This document shows, piece by piece, positions 15,458-24,006 of a DNA stretch of 25,242 bases. The DNA comes from a virus (taxonomy: Duplodnaviria; Caudoviricetes): IMG/VR virus record IMGVR_UViG_3300010149_000159, positions 1 through 25,242 of that record, one strand, 5' to 3'. The notes beneath the pieces are model-generated. The model was not told the DNA's origin. It did no database searches and saw only the letters and a program-made list of their open reading frames with translations. How positions within the stretch are numbered: the first letter of the stretch is position 1; every line of letters begins with the position of its first letter. The position numbers and the translations under genes are program-made.

Positions 15458-15826
15458 TTAATAGTAAACAACAACTTCGATCACATCTCCATCAGCGGCA
15501 GATGCGGTCATTGCATATCCAATTTTATGATTAGAGGAATCAGTTCCAACTTTTCCACTTCCGTCAGTGTAAACAATCGCTCCAACAGCGATAGTGTCTC
15601 CACCAGCTAGAACTTCTACGCTTCCAGAGGCATTAAGCAGCTTTACAGCACCATAACCACTGGCAGCAATATCTTCCAATGTAACTCCACAAACAGCGTC
15701 AGTGTTATTATCACCTGCTACGCTAATTTGCCCATTACTATCCACCTTTACCAAGGAATATGCTGCGATTGCCACAGCAGTTGCTTGGAAAGTACGACTA
15801 CTATTATTAAATGTAGTATCTCCCAT
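15458..15826 (-). CDS. Capsid cement/decoration protein (DUF2190-like)
   Basis: 122 aa Ala/Gly/Val-rich with IAVGAIVYTDGSGK and IGYAMTASAADGDVIEV, directly upstream of the capsid gene. Confidence 0.8.
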   Translation of the reverse strand: MGDTTFNNSSRTFQATAVAIAAYSLVKVDSNGQISVAGDNNTDAVCGVTLEDIAASGYGAVKLLNASGSVEVLAGGDTIAVGAIVYTDGSGKVGTDSSNHKIGYAMTASAADGDVIEVVVYY

Positions 15827-15834
15827 TTTTTTTC

Positions 15835-17331
15835 CTATTGTTTAAGTCCAAACAGTTCTTTGTTTTCTTTCGCAACTTCAATATGAGCAGTAAAGCGATC
15901 ATTTTCAGGATTTTCGCTTAAATGCTTTTCAATCAGTTGCTTTTTTAACTCAGATTTGCTAATCGGTGCAGCATTATCACCTTCACCGATAGGCTCCTCA
16001 CCGCCAAAAATTGATTTCAAGGCACTGATAGTGCGCTCTAATTCAGCAATTTTCTTCTCTTGACCTTCAATCAATTCAAATTGAATGTTCATTTTTTCAG
16101 ATAAAGAAACTTCTTCTTCCGAGGGTTTTTCTTCCTCTTCTTCAGAATCCTCCTCTTCTTCTTCTTCAATCTCCTCAGAGTCAACCTCTTCGGCAACAGG
16201 TTCCTCAGTTTCAACTTCTTCCGCCACAGCTTTAACTTCCTCCACTACAGCTTCTTCAGTTTCTACTTCAGGTTCCAGAACAGCCTCTTCAGAGAATTCC
16301 TTGCTTTTCTTTACTTTTTTAGCAGGTTTTTCTTCAGCAACTTCTGGTTTTGCTTGTTGTTGATTTTCCTCTGCTTCACGCCTTTCTTTTTCGGCAGAAG
16401 CTGATTCGCTTAATTCCATATCTTTTTCTTTCATATTATATGTAGGTTTGTCCCAATTTTCGCTAAACAAAGAATTCGTAGCTGCTGGACTATCTACAAA
16501 ATCAGCACTAGAAATCTCAGTCGGAATGATTGTAGGTAGATCATAGAAAGCATTTTCAGGTTTGGAACTAAAGCCATTGAATTCCTCATCACCTTCTTCT
16601 GTTTCCCACAACAAATTACCTTCAAAAACTATAGAAATTCCAAAAGAATTAGGCATTTTTTCAGCTAAATCAAAAAGCCTATCATATTTTTCTGGCTCAT
16701 CTTCTTTCCAGCTATTAAATGCTTCAAATTTTTGAGCGCGAATTTTCTCACCATCACGATAAAATCCCTCAAATGCTCCTATTTCATTCAGTAAGCGGTC
16801 TTTAAAGGCGTCCCTGTGTGTTATGTAAGCAGGGATGATTTCATCGCTTAGAATGGAAGATGCAGTAGCTATAGAGCGATTTGTTACCATCATTCTATGC
16901 CCTTTTGCTTCCCCTGCTTCAATTATAACTATATCGCGTAAAACTCCGCTCTCACGATCTACATTTTGAATTGATGCTTCAAAAGTTAACCTATTTTTTC
17001 CTTCTGACATTTTTTTTGCCTCCTTATCTCTAATTCGTTTTGCCCATTTCTGCCCTGCATCTCCTCCCCATAACGCCCAAGCAATTCTGCCATTTGATGG
17101 ATAGCCTTTTTCTCCTCGGCGGAATCCTTCTGCACCCTTGCTTGCTTTTTCATGGCGAGAAAAGAAACTGTGCATTCTTTTTACGACAGAAAGGGATAAA
17201 TTTGATTTATTAGCTATTTGCCTTGCTCTTACAGCCCCAACACGAGTGCCACCTCTTCCATGCTCTTTTTTCCAAGCAATTCCACGCCTAGCCTCAGAAG
17301 CCATTGCGTCAGTTGGAACAAAAGGTGGCAT
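15835..17331 (-). CDS. Prohead protease/scaffold protein with extra basic N-terminal domain
   Basis: Central protease-like region (IIEAGEAKGH, YITH, FGISIVF, SADFVDSPAA) and Glu-rich coiled-coil C-terminus, between portal and capsid genes. Confidence 0.8.
   Translation of the reverse strand: MPPFVPTDAMASEARRGIAWKKEHGRGGTRVGAVRARQIANKSNLSLSVVKRMHSFFSRHEKASKGAEGFRRGEKGYPSNGRIAWALWGGDAGQKWAKRIRDKEAKKMSEGKNRLTFEASIQNVDRESGVLRDIVIIEAGEAKGHRMMVTNRSIATASSILSDEIIPAYITHRDAFKDRLLNEIGAFEGFYRDGEKIRAQKFEAFNSWKEDEPEKYDRLFDLAEKMPNSFGISIVFEGNLLWETEEGDEEFNGFSSKPENAFYDLPTIIPTEISSADFVDSPAATNSLFSENWDKPTYNMKEKDMELSESASAEKERREAEENQQQAKPEVAEEKPAKKVKKSKEFSEEAVLEPEVETEEAVVEEVKAVAEEVETEEPVAEEVDSEEIEEEEEEDSEEEEEKPSEEEVSLSEKMNIQFELIEGQEKKIAELERTISALKSIFGGEEPIGEGDNAAPISKSELKKQLIEKHLSENPENDRFTAHIEVAKENKELFGLKQ
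16435..16466 (-). promoter_or_regulatory. Intragenic TGGGACAA motif plus TATAAT at the protease/scaffold boundary
   Basis: TTTAGCGAAAATTGGGACAAACCTACATATAAT precedes in-frame ATGs at 16434 and 16419. Confidence 0.55.
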
Positions 17332-17495
17332 TAATCTGATTTTTTAGGGCTTTCAGGTTTTTGCTTTTCCTTTTTAACTGGTTTCATTGGGATAGCTTCA
17401 CCTTCGTTTTCTAATTGCTGTTGCTCAGAAGTGCTTAATTTAAGAAAATTAGCTTCTGTCTTTTGGTCTAAATATCTTTGTAATCTAGCTGTCAT
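17331..17495 (-). CDS. 54 aa hypothetical protein (not in ORF track)
   Basis: Manual translation MTARLQRYLDQKTEANFLKLSTSEQQQLENEGEAIPMKPVKKEKQKPESPKKSD*. It overlaps the portal stop and the protease start (TAATG). Confidence 0.65.
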   Translation of the reverse strand: MTARLQRYLDQKTEANFLKLSTSEQQQLENEGEAIPMKPVKKEKQKPESPKKSD

Positions 17496-18936
17496 TTTTA
17501 ATTTCTCCATTATCCATATCTAAAAGATCAAGGTAATTTGCGCTTTGGCTAACACTTCCTGAAGGATTAAATAATTCGCGCCAATCACTTATATCATATT
17601 TTTCAGCTAATTCTTTAGCTGTTACAATATTTTTAGCCTTTTGCTCTAAAACACTTGAAGCCGTACTCCCAAATTGTGAAGCAATATCATCTAAAGATTG
17701 CGCTCCCATAGATACATAAGTTGAATCTGCCCTAACTTGAGCAGCTTTATTTACCCAACGAAAAGCAGGTTTTTGCCACCTTACTCTTGTCACATCTACA
17801 TCCGCTGGGATGTTTATTTTTCCTTCAGAAATCCATAAGCCTAATTTCCATTTGTAAATTTTATTAAGAAAATATACTAAACGCCTTTGATTTTCTTCTA
17901 TTGCAGCTTGATATTGTAAAATCAAACCCTGTGAGGCACTGAATGAAGATTCTCCAATAGTTGACATTATCATCTCTACAGGAATTCCTACAGCAGCCCC
18001 AACTTTTCTGAGGTGATACATACAGAAATCAATTCCATCCACGTTAGGTCTGCCTGAACTTGAAATTGTCTGAATATCCTCATTCGGCTCTAAATAATGG
18101 AATTTGCCAGCTTCAAATCTTTCTAACCTACCAACTTCATCTTGCAAATTTTCTTCAAGCCTATTTGCTAATTCAAATTGGACACTATCATTTCGCTTAA
18201 TTACAGCAGATAAACTGGCTGAAACCTTTGCGGAAATCATTTCTATTGATTCATATTCTTTAATATCCTGCAATGAATTCACACAGGGAGCTAATTCTGG
18301 AACTCCTCTATATTGATTTGGCCTCATCCTCTTATAAAAGAGGCAAAAACTTTTAGCAGGAACTTGAGTGAAATTAGTTAATGCTCCATTGATCCTGTCT
18401 GCGATTTCATAAAAAACAGGTTGGCCTTTTTTCCCTACAATTACGCCATTTTTATTATTAGAAGCCTCAGAAGAAACATAGGTGCTGCTACTAATTCTAT
18501 CACCCTCAATAACCTGTAAATAACCACCTTTTGTAAAAACAACTCCAATATCGCCAAAGGTAAGAGTTGAATCTATGACCTCCTGTTGAAGCTCACAGAA
18601 ATCCATTTGCCTTGTTATTTCAGGATATTCGCTCCATTTATGCCATAAATCACTAATCTGCTTATCTAAATCCTCATTTCCAGTAGCAGGTTGAGGTAAA
18701 ATTCCAGAACCAACAACATCTGTTTTTCTTAGCCTAGAAATAGCTTTTACTACAGGATCATTTCGCTTGAAATTAAGCAATGTGCTAATAAGCCTTTCAC
18801 GATCATATCCTTGAATTTCTATCTCTTCGGACCGAATCGGCTCAAGACCCCTAATTTTTCTTGAGCGAGTATTTAAGATGGCATCATAGCCAAAGGCTAT
18901 TTGTAATGCTGTTTTAGCTCTTTGAAACAGATTCAT
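17485..18936 (-). CDS. Portal protein, lambda family
   Basis: 483 aa with VVGSGILPQ, LQVIEGDRI, RPNQYRGVPELAP and SSFSASQ motifs; preceded by a gpW-like gene. Confidence 0.93.
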   Translation of the reverse strand: MNLFQRAKTALQIAFGYDAILNTRSRKIRGLEPIRSEEIEIQGYDRERLISTLLNFKRNDPVVKAISRLRKTDVVGSGILPQPATGNEDLDKQISDLWHKWSEYPEITRQMDFCELQQEVIDSTLTFGDIGVVFTKGGYLQVIEGDRISSSTYVSSEASNNKNGVIVGKKGQPVFYEIADRINGALTNFTQVPAKSFCLFYKRMRPNQYRGVPELAPCVNSLQDIKEYESIEMISAKVSASLSAVIKRNDSVQFELANRLEENLQDEVGRLERFEAGKFHYLEPNEDIQTISSSGRPNVDGIDFCMYHLRKVGAAVGIPVEMIMSTIGESSFSASQGLILQYQAAIEENQRRLVYFLNKIYKWKLGLWISEGKINIPADVDVTRVRWQKPAFRWVNKAAQVRADSTYVSMGAQSLDDIASQFGSTASSVLEQKAKNIVTAKELAEKYDISDWRELFNPSGSVSQSANYLDLLDMDNGEIKNDS

Positions 18937-18937
18937 A

Positions 18938-19177
18938 TTAAGACCACTGTTGTAAATCTAACCTATTCGACCCTAAAGCTTTAGTTGAACTTGTCTGCAA
19001 ACAGATTAAGCGAGTTAATCTGTTGATTTCAGACCAAATCTCAGCACGATCCTCATAAGTGAACATTCTATCAGAAAGCTGATAGCTTTTCGTAGGGTTC
19101 GTGGTCAACGTCTGGTACGCTGTCACTAGATTATCTCGCAGAGTAGTTAAATCTGCTACTGATATATTTGCTGCCAT
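18938..19177 (-). CDS. gpW-like head-tail adaptor
   Basis: 79 aa helix-hairpin-helix pattern with KSYQLSDRMFTY, immediately upstream of a lambda-type portal. Confidence 0.7.
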   Translation of the reverse strand: MAANISVADLTTLRDNLVTAYQTLTTNPTKSYQLSDRMFTYEDRAEIWSEINRLTRLICLQTSSTKALGSNRLDLQQWS

Positions 19178-19191
19178 CTACCTATAGTATT

Positions 19192-19209
19192 TTGTCCCAC
19201 TTCGCTAAA
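19192..19209 (-). promoter_or_regulatory. TGGGACAA motif upstream of gpW/portal
   Basis: TTTAGCGAAGTGGGACAAAATACTATAGG sits just after a terminator and 14 nt before the ATG at 19177. It shares TTTAGCGAA with the 16448 copy. Confidence 0.6.
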
Positions 19210-19229
19210 AAAAGGGGCCGAAGCCCCTT
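19207..19229 (-). terminator. Intrinsic terminator of the inserted winged-helix cassette
   Basis: GGGGC-TTCG-GCCCC (cUUCGg loop) followed by T7 on the minus strand. Confidence 0.9.
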
Positions 19230-19243
19230 GGTTTTTAGATTTA

Positions 19244-19570
19244 TTAGTTTGAGTAACACAGATCAAGAATTAATTTTTCACCATTTTCGGTGAATCCGAT
19301 GCAATCGCCATCGGCCCAAACTAATCCTTTTTTAACCAAAGAACTTACACAGCCAGATAAGCTCTTGCGATTTTCAAAAGAATTGATGATTTCATTTAGG
19401 TCATCAGTATAAACAGGAGTATGGTCAACAGAACCATCCTTGAGAAGCTTGGGTTGTTTTCCATTAGGCTGATATTCATTTAAGGCGATTCCCTTTATGG
19501 TGATTTGTTCCATCTCGGTGAGGTCGGTTAGGTTTTGGATTTGGTTTGTCATGTCAGTGTTATTAATCAT
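19244..19570 (-). CDS. Winged-helix DNA-binding protein in a moron-like cassette (start uncertain: 19570, 19552 or 19513)
   Basis: SLSGCVSSLVKKGLVWADGDCIGFTENG is a typical recognition helix plus wing. The gene has its own promoter and terminator. Confidence 0.7.
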   Translation of the reverse strand: MINNTDMTNQIQNLTDLTEMEQITIKGIALNEYQPNGKQPKLLKDGSVDHTPVYTDDLNEIINSFENRKSLSGCVSSLVKKGLVWADGDCIGFTENGEKLILDLCYSN

Positions 19571-19576
19571 GAGTAG

Positions 19577-19612
19577 ATACTAACCACTCTCGCTTACCTG
19601 TAAACAAAAAAA
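19577..19612 (-). promoter_or_regulatory. Repeated sigma70-like promoter, copy 5 (TTTACA-16-TAGTAT)
   Basis: TTTTTTTGTTTACA at 19599-19612, -10 at 19577-19582, 6 nt to ATG; same geometry as copies 2-4. Confidence 0.8.
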
Positions 19613-19623
19613 GCTATTTTTTT

Positions 19624-20523
19624 TTACTTTTTTTCTAAATAATCCATGAGATTCGTTTCAGGTTTATATGCTAATACTTTCTTGGCTAATGAAATATCAG
19701 CTAAAGTATGCCTAGCTTCGCCAAATCTGATAGGAGTGTGCAAAATCTTGTCAGAAATCGTTTTTGCCACTTCAATAATCGGGTATGATTTACCATACCC
19801 AATATTAAAAACGGCTCCTCTGTAATCCTCGGGACAATTTTTTGCAGCAATATTGGCATTTATTACATCACTGACATGAGTAAAATCCCTTGTCTGTTTT
19901 CCATCACCTACAACAGTTAAATTTTCTCCTTCAGCTTTTTGCTTTAGAAAAAGCCCTATAACTGTAGCGTATTCGCCTCTCAAAGGCTGTCTATCTCCAT
20001 AAACATTAAAATACCTCAAAGAAACAGTAGGCAAACCTAATTGAGCATAAACTTTGCATAGATTCTCACTGGCTAATTTGCTTACAGAATATGGAGTTAA
20101 ACAATCTGACCTATTTGTTTCATGCAATGGCCCTGCTGTTTGTGTTTTTCCGTAAATTGACGAGGTAGAACTAAAAATAAAATTCTTAACAGAATATTTT
20201 TTAGATAATTCTAATAGATTATGCGTTCCTATATAGTTGGTTCTAGATGTTTTTAAAGGATCATGTAATGAAATCTGTATCCTAGACTGAGCAGCTAAAT
20301 GATATACATAATCAAATTTGTATTTTTCAAAAATAAGATTTAAATATTCTGAGCTACAAATATCAAAGCAAAGGTTTTCTGCCTTTCTATTCTCAAAGAA
20401 AATATGATTAGAAACCGCTGATTTATTATCTACACAAATAACCTTGTGACCTTCTGATATTAGGCGATCTACTAAATGGCTACCAATAAATCCTGCACCA
20501 CCTGTAACTAAAATATTGCTCAT
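19624..20523 (-). CDS. NAD-dependent nucleotide-sugar epimerase/dehydratase (extended SDR)
   Basis: VTGGAGFIGSH, YHLAA, SSTSSIYG, YSVSK (YxxxK), LRYFNVYG, GDGKQTRDFTHVSD. Confidence 0.95.
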   Translation of the reverse strand: MSNILVTGGAGFIGSHLVDRLISEGHKVICVDNKSAVSNHIFFENRKAENLCFDICSSEYLNLIFEKYKFDYVYHLAAQSRIQISLHDPLKTSRTNYIGTHNLLELSKKYSVKNFIFSSTSSIYGKTQTAGPLHETNRSDCLTPYSVSKLASENLCKVYAQLGLPTVSLRYFNVYGDRQPLRGEYATVIGLFLKQKAEGENLTVVGDGKQTRDFTHVSDVINANIAAKNCPEDYRGAVFNIGYGKSYPIIEVAKTISDKILHTPIRFGEARHTLADISLAKKVLAYKPETNLMDYLEKK

Positions 20524-21353
20524 TTTTTAACAGATTTAAATAGGAATCCTGTTATTTCTTCCATTGAATCAGCATAACCTTCTTTAATTAATTTTCTAAT
20601 AGTTGTGCCTGACCCTTTAATTGCAGCGTTAACTTGCTTTAAGCCTCTTACATGAGGGTTAAGCATATTTCTCGATGTGCTTCTTATTAAATAACCTTTT
20701 TTCTTTTCATCTTTTATTTCTACACCTCTAGTTAATCTTTGAAATTTTGCTCCAGTTGATTGCCAAGCAAGCCTTAATTGGGTTCTTTCGTGAAAATGAC
20801 CTACAGGCAATTTAAGCTTTAATGCTACCCCAAAAAATCCAGATTTACTTGAAGCAACTCTTCTTAAAGCTACTTTTTTCCTTTTATCTAATGCTTTTTC
20901 AGCTATAGCAAGCTGCCCTCTTTTCTGAGTAATATAGGCCCTATCATAATAATGCCAATAGCCATTAACTTTAATAGCTTTTAGGGCGTGTTTATAAGAT
21001 GGCGCAGGGATTCCTCTAGGCAATGGGCCTATTCCTTTAAAGCCCTGTTTAATTGGCCTCCATTTAAATTTTCTTTGGATATGTTTCTGACCCTGTTTAA
21101 TTGTTTTCTTAAATTGACCTTTAGGAGAAGTAACACCTATATTGTTTGCTATTCTGGCTAAAACCATTCCAGCCATGCCAGCCTTAACTTTATCCATTTT
21201 TTTAGGGCAATTTTTACCTTTCCAATTTTTCTGTAATGCTTGGATAGCCTTTTGAAAGCCATTTACCTCAACTCCAGCTACAGCTTTAGTTTTCCCACTC
21301 TGTGTGAAATGCTTAAATAACGCTTGTCTTACTAATAATAAGGGTATAGGCAT
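20520..21353 (-). CDS. Highly basic hypothetical protein (possible tail-completion/neck-type)
   Basis: 277 aa, K/R-rich, tightly packed between terminase and epimerase genes. The function is a guess from composition. Confidence 0.55.
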   Translation of the reverse strand: MPIPLLLVRQALFKHFTQSGKTKAVAGVEVNGFQKAIQALQKNWKGKNCPKKMDKVKAGMAGMVLARIANNIGVTSPKGQFKKTIKQGQKHIQRKFKWRPIKQGFKGIGPLPRGIPAPSYKHALKAIKVNGYWHYYDRAYITQKRGQLAIAEKALDKRKKVALRRVASSKSGFFGVALKLKLPVGHFHERTQLRLAWQSTGAKFQRLTRGVEIKDEKKKGYLIRSTSRNMLNPHVRGLKQVNAAIKGSGTTIRKLIKEGYADSMEEITGFLFKSVKK

Positions 21354-21356
21354 AAT

Positions 21357-23129
21357 TTAGTCCCAAATACTTGGTTCAGTTTCAGTTTTCTTTTTAGAAG
21401 CTTTTTTCACTTCTTTCTTTTTCCTTCTTATAAGCCCTGCACCTAAACCAAAAATATGAGCTAAACAAAGAATATAAGTTTCACAATCCCAAAAGTGATC
21501 CTGTTTGTGAGGTGCTACTACCCACTGTAGCTTACTTTGTCCCTTCCTGTTTACTTCTTCCCTGTAATCAGTTGAAAGGATTTGCTTTATATATTCAGAA
21601 TCTAAATTTTTATATAGAAACCAATCTAATGTTTGGCCTGACCTTTTTTTAAGCATTTCTTGCTGCCAAACTTCCTTATTAATGTTTATCAAATTGATTC
21701 TACGCTTACCTCTTCTTTGGTCATGATAGAAAGGATCAAGTTGCGAGATTTTATAAGAAGTGGTCATATTATCTATACCTTTTGCTCCAAACCAAAAGGG
21801 CATAGACGCATAGATTTCTTGGTACATTTCTTGAGTTCTATAACCTGTATCTACTATTCCTTGAGTGCATTTATATGCTTTTGCTAATTCATTTAATTCA
21901 TCAAAATTAAATGCGATTCCATTTTCTATTAAGTATGATTTTCCATCAGAATCAAACCCACGGATCACATAGAAATAATTAGCACGTTGAACATCAACTG
22001 AAATAAATCTAAATTCTCCCTTTAAATCTCCTTTTTCATAATCAGATTCTAATTCTTTAATTTTCTTAATATCTGAAGCTGTATTTTCAAATTCTCTGTA
22101 AGGTTCAGCAAGCCAACCATTATAGAAAGCCATTTCTGACTCTACGTTTTTTTTAGATTTAAGATATTCAATAGCTATTCTTCCAAAGGTAATCTGTGGA
22201 GAATAAAAGGAATTGAGATGATATGATCTGTTAGAAGATTCTGCTTTTGAATTGCCAGCAACCCATTCTCCTTTCCTGATAGAATGATATTTGTCTAAAT
22301 CATTTAATTCTGCCCCGCATTCTTCACATACATAAAAGGTGCTTGATTTTACTAAATCAAAATCAACACCTTCTTCAGTGACAGCATTTTCATCCCATTT
22401 AAGATTTAACTTATCTTCCTTATTAAACAGCCTATAAAAAAATTTGTTTTCGCAATGAGGGCAAGGAACATAAAAACGCCTTCTATCTCCATCTTGATAT
22501 TCAGACCAAATTCCTGACAATTCCTTTACAGGAGTAGATGATTGAAGAATTTTATAATTTCTTCTACCTTTAATTCGGTCTAAACATTCTTTTCGCGTAA
22601 ATTCATCTATAACATCAATCTCATCTAAAACTAAAACGGAAACAGGAAAAGACCTAACATTAGCTGATGATCCTGCTCCAACAAGATTCATTGTGCATTT
22701 TGTGAACTCTTGTTTTTGAATAGTAAATTTATCAGAATCAAAATTGCCTGTTTTATCTCTTGGAATATGATTTGAAATTATTTTTGATTCTTTGCAAAAA
22801 GGCATCCAACGATCATAGCTAAAACTTTTACATAATAATTGATTTGGGAAAACCCACAAAATAGGTTGTGGTTTCTGGTCAATTACATATCCAAGCATAA
22901 TATAGAAGCTTGTCGTTTTAGAAGTTTGCGATCCCCAGCAAAGAGAAATTTTATTGATACGAGGGTCACGCATATTTTCTAAAATTTCTTCTACATAGGG
23001 ATAATGTTCTGTGCTATATAAACCTGATTGCTCAGTTACTCTTTCGCTTAGGAAAACAGATTTTTCAGCCCATTCTTTTACAGAATTAGCTCCACTAGGA
23101 ATTAATAAGCTTCTAGCGTAATCAATCAT
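21357..23129 (-). CDS. terL: Terminase large subunit, lambda GpA family
   Basis: Walker A GSQTSKT, Walker B VLVLDEID, SSTP, GDRRRFYVPCPHC, CEEC, SYHLNSFYSP and nuclease-region SVDVQ, VDTGY and DHFWDC. Confidence 0.96.
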   Translation of the reverse strand: MIDYARSLLIPSGANSVKEWAEKSVFLSERVTEQSGLYSTEHYPYVEEILENMRDPRINKISLCWGSQTSKTTSFYIMLGYVIDQKPQPILWVFPNQLLCKSFSYDRWMPFCKESKIISNHIPRDKTGNFDSDKFTIQKQEFTKCTMNLVGAGSSANVRSFPVSVLVLDEIDVIDEFTRKECLDRIKGRRNYKILQSSTPVKELSGIWSEYQDGDRRRFYVPCPHCENKFFYRLFNKEDKLNLKWDENAVTEEGVDFDLVKSSTFYVCEECGAELNDLDKYHSIRKGEWVAGNSKAESSNRSYHLNSFYSPQITFGRIAIEYLKSKKNVESEMAFYNGWLAEPYREFENTASDIKKIKELESDYEKGDLKGEFRFISVDVQRANYFYVIRGFDSDGKSYLIENGIAFNFDELNELAKAYKCTQGIVDTGYRTQEMYQEIYASMPFWFGAKGIDNMTTSYKISQLDPFYHDQRRGKRRINLININKEVWQQEMLKKRSGQTLDWFLYKNLDSEYIKQILSTDYREEVNRKGQSKLQWVVAPHKQDHFWDCETYILCLAHIFGLGAGLIRRKKKEVKKASKKKTETEPSIWD

Positions 23130-24006
23130 CCTTTTTCTTCACTTCATCAAACCACTTTTTAAGAGTAGGTGATTTAACTTCTGAGATTTCCTTTAACTCC
23201 ATTCCAAATTCATTTTTTTGTTTCAATTTATTTTTATCGAAATCCTTTTTGAAAATCAATCTGGTATCAAATTTTCTCCAATTATCTCTTACTTTATGCT
23301 GCGGCCTTTTAAATTTTCTTTTTGTTTCTGTAACAAGAGGCCAAACACGCTCTAATGACCTCGACATTTTTATACGGCCATCACCTTTATAAAGAACATC
23401 GCTGTTGCCGCCCTTCATGGTCATTGTTCTCATTTTCTGAGTATAAAAAGCTCTGAATAAAGCTGTGCATTGTTTTTTAGCTAAAACTTGTAAGCATAAA
23501 TCTGTATCTTCATTATATCTACCTCTCCACCTTACATCTAAATCATTTTTAATAAGCATAAAAGAATAGACTCTTGAATTTAGAACAAATGGCTTATCCA
23601 TATTTCCTACACAAAAACATTCATAATCTAATCCTGTTATAGCTAAATTTTCATACCTATCAGAAAATTCTTCAACAGATAAAAAAGCAAATTTAGAATT
23701 GCAGGGAATTCTTTTGCCAAGATTCCACCTGCCTACACCGCGCATATTATCATCTAAAATCCAATGCTTTTCATGGCCATTTTTTATAGAATTTTCCCAG
23801 CACCAATTTCTTGCAGGTATAGAGCCTTTGCCTAAATTACTAAAAGGCAAAATTTCTAATCTTTCTTCTCCATATTTTTCAGCATATAAGATTTTTTCCT
23901 GTGGTTCTACCACTATCTTAAAATCTACTTTATCCCTTAAAAGAAAATTGGCTGTAAAACAGCAATCATGCCTACCTTTTGAAATCACATAGATGGGATA
24001 TTTCAT
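23122..24006 (-). CDS. TAGT/GREB1-like glycosyltransferase (putative DNA base glycosyltransferase)
   Basis: YPIYVISKGR, VVEPQE, PARNW, HWILDDN, WRGRYNEDTDL and MKGGN motifs. Confidence 0.8.
   Translation of the reverse strand: MKYPIYVISKGRHDCCFTANFLLRDKVDFKIVVEPQEKILYAEKYGEERLEILPFSNLGKGSIPARNWCWENSIKNGHEKHWILDDNMRGVGRWNLGKRIPCNSKFAFLSVEEFSDRYENLAITGLDYECFCVGNMDKPFVLNSRVYSFMLIKNDLDVRWRGRYNEDTDLCLQVLAKKQCTALFRAFYTQKMRTMTMKGGNSDVLYKGDGRIKMSRSLERVWPLVTETKRKFKRPQHKVRDNWRKFDTRLIFKKDFDKNKLKQKNEFGMELKEISEVKSPTLKKWFDEVKKKDD

Noticed and set aside
13883-18316. Alternative ORFs 13883-14182, 14750-15163, 14971-15168, 16085-16363, 17138-17347 and 18104-18316
   Set aside because: All overlap well-supported structural genes. 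The Ser-rich 16085-16363 ORF simply mirrors the Glu-rich scaffold codons.
21358-21365. TGGGACTA near-match to the late motif at the end of terL
   Set aside because: One mismatch, explained by the Trp-Asp-stop codons, and too close to the next ATG; not counted.
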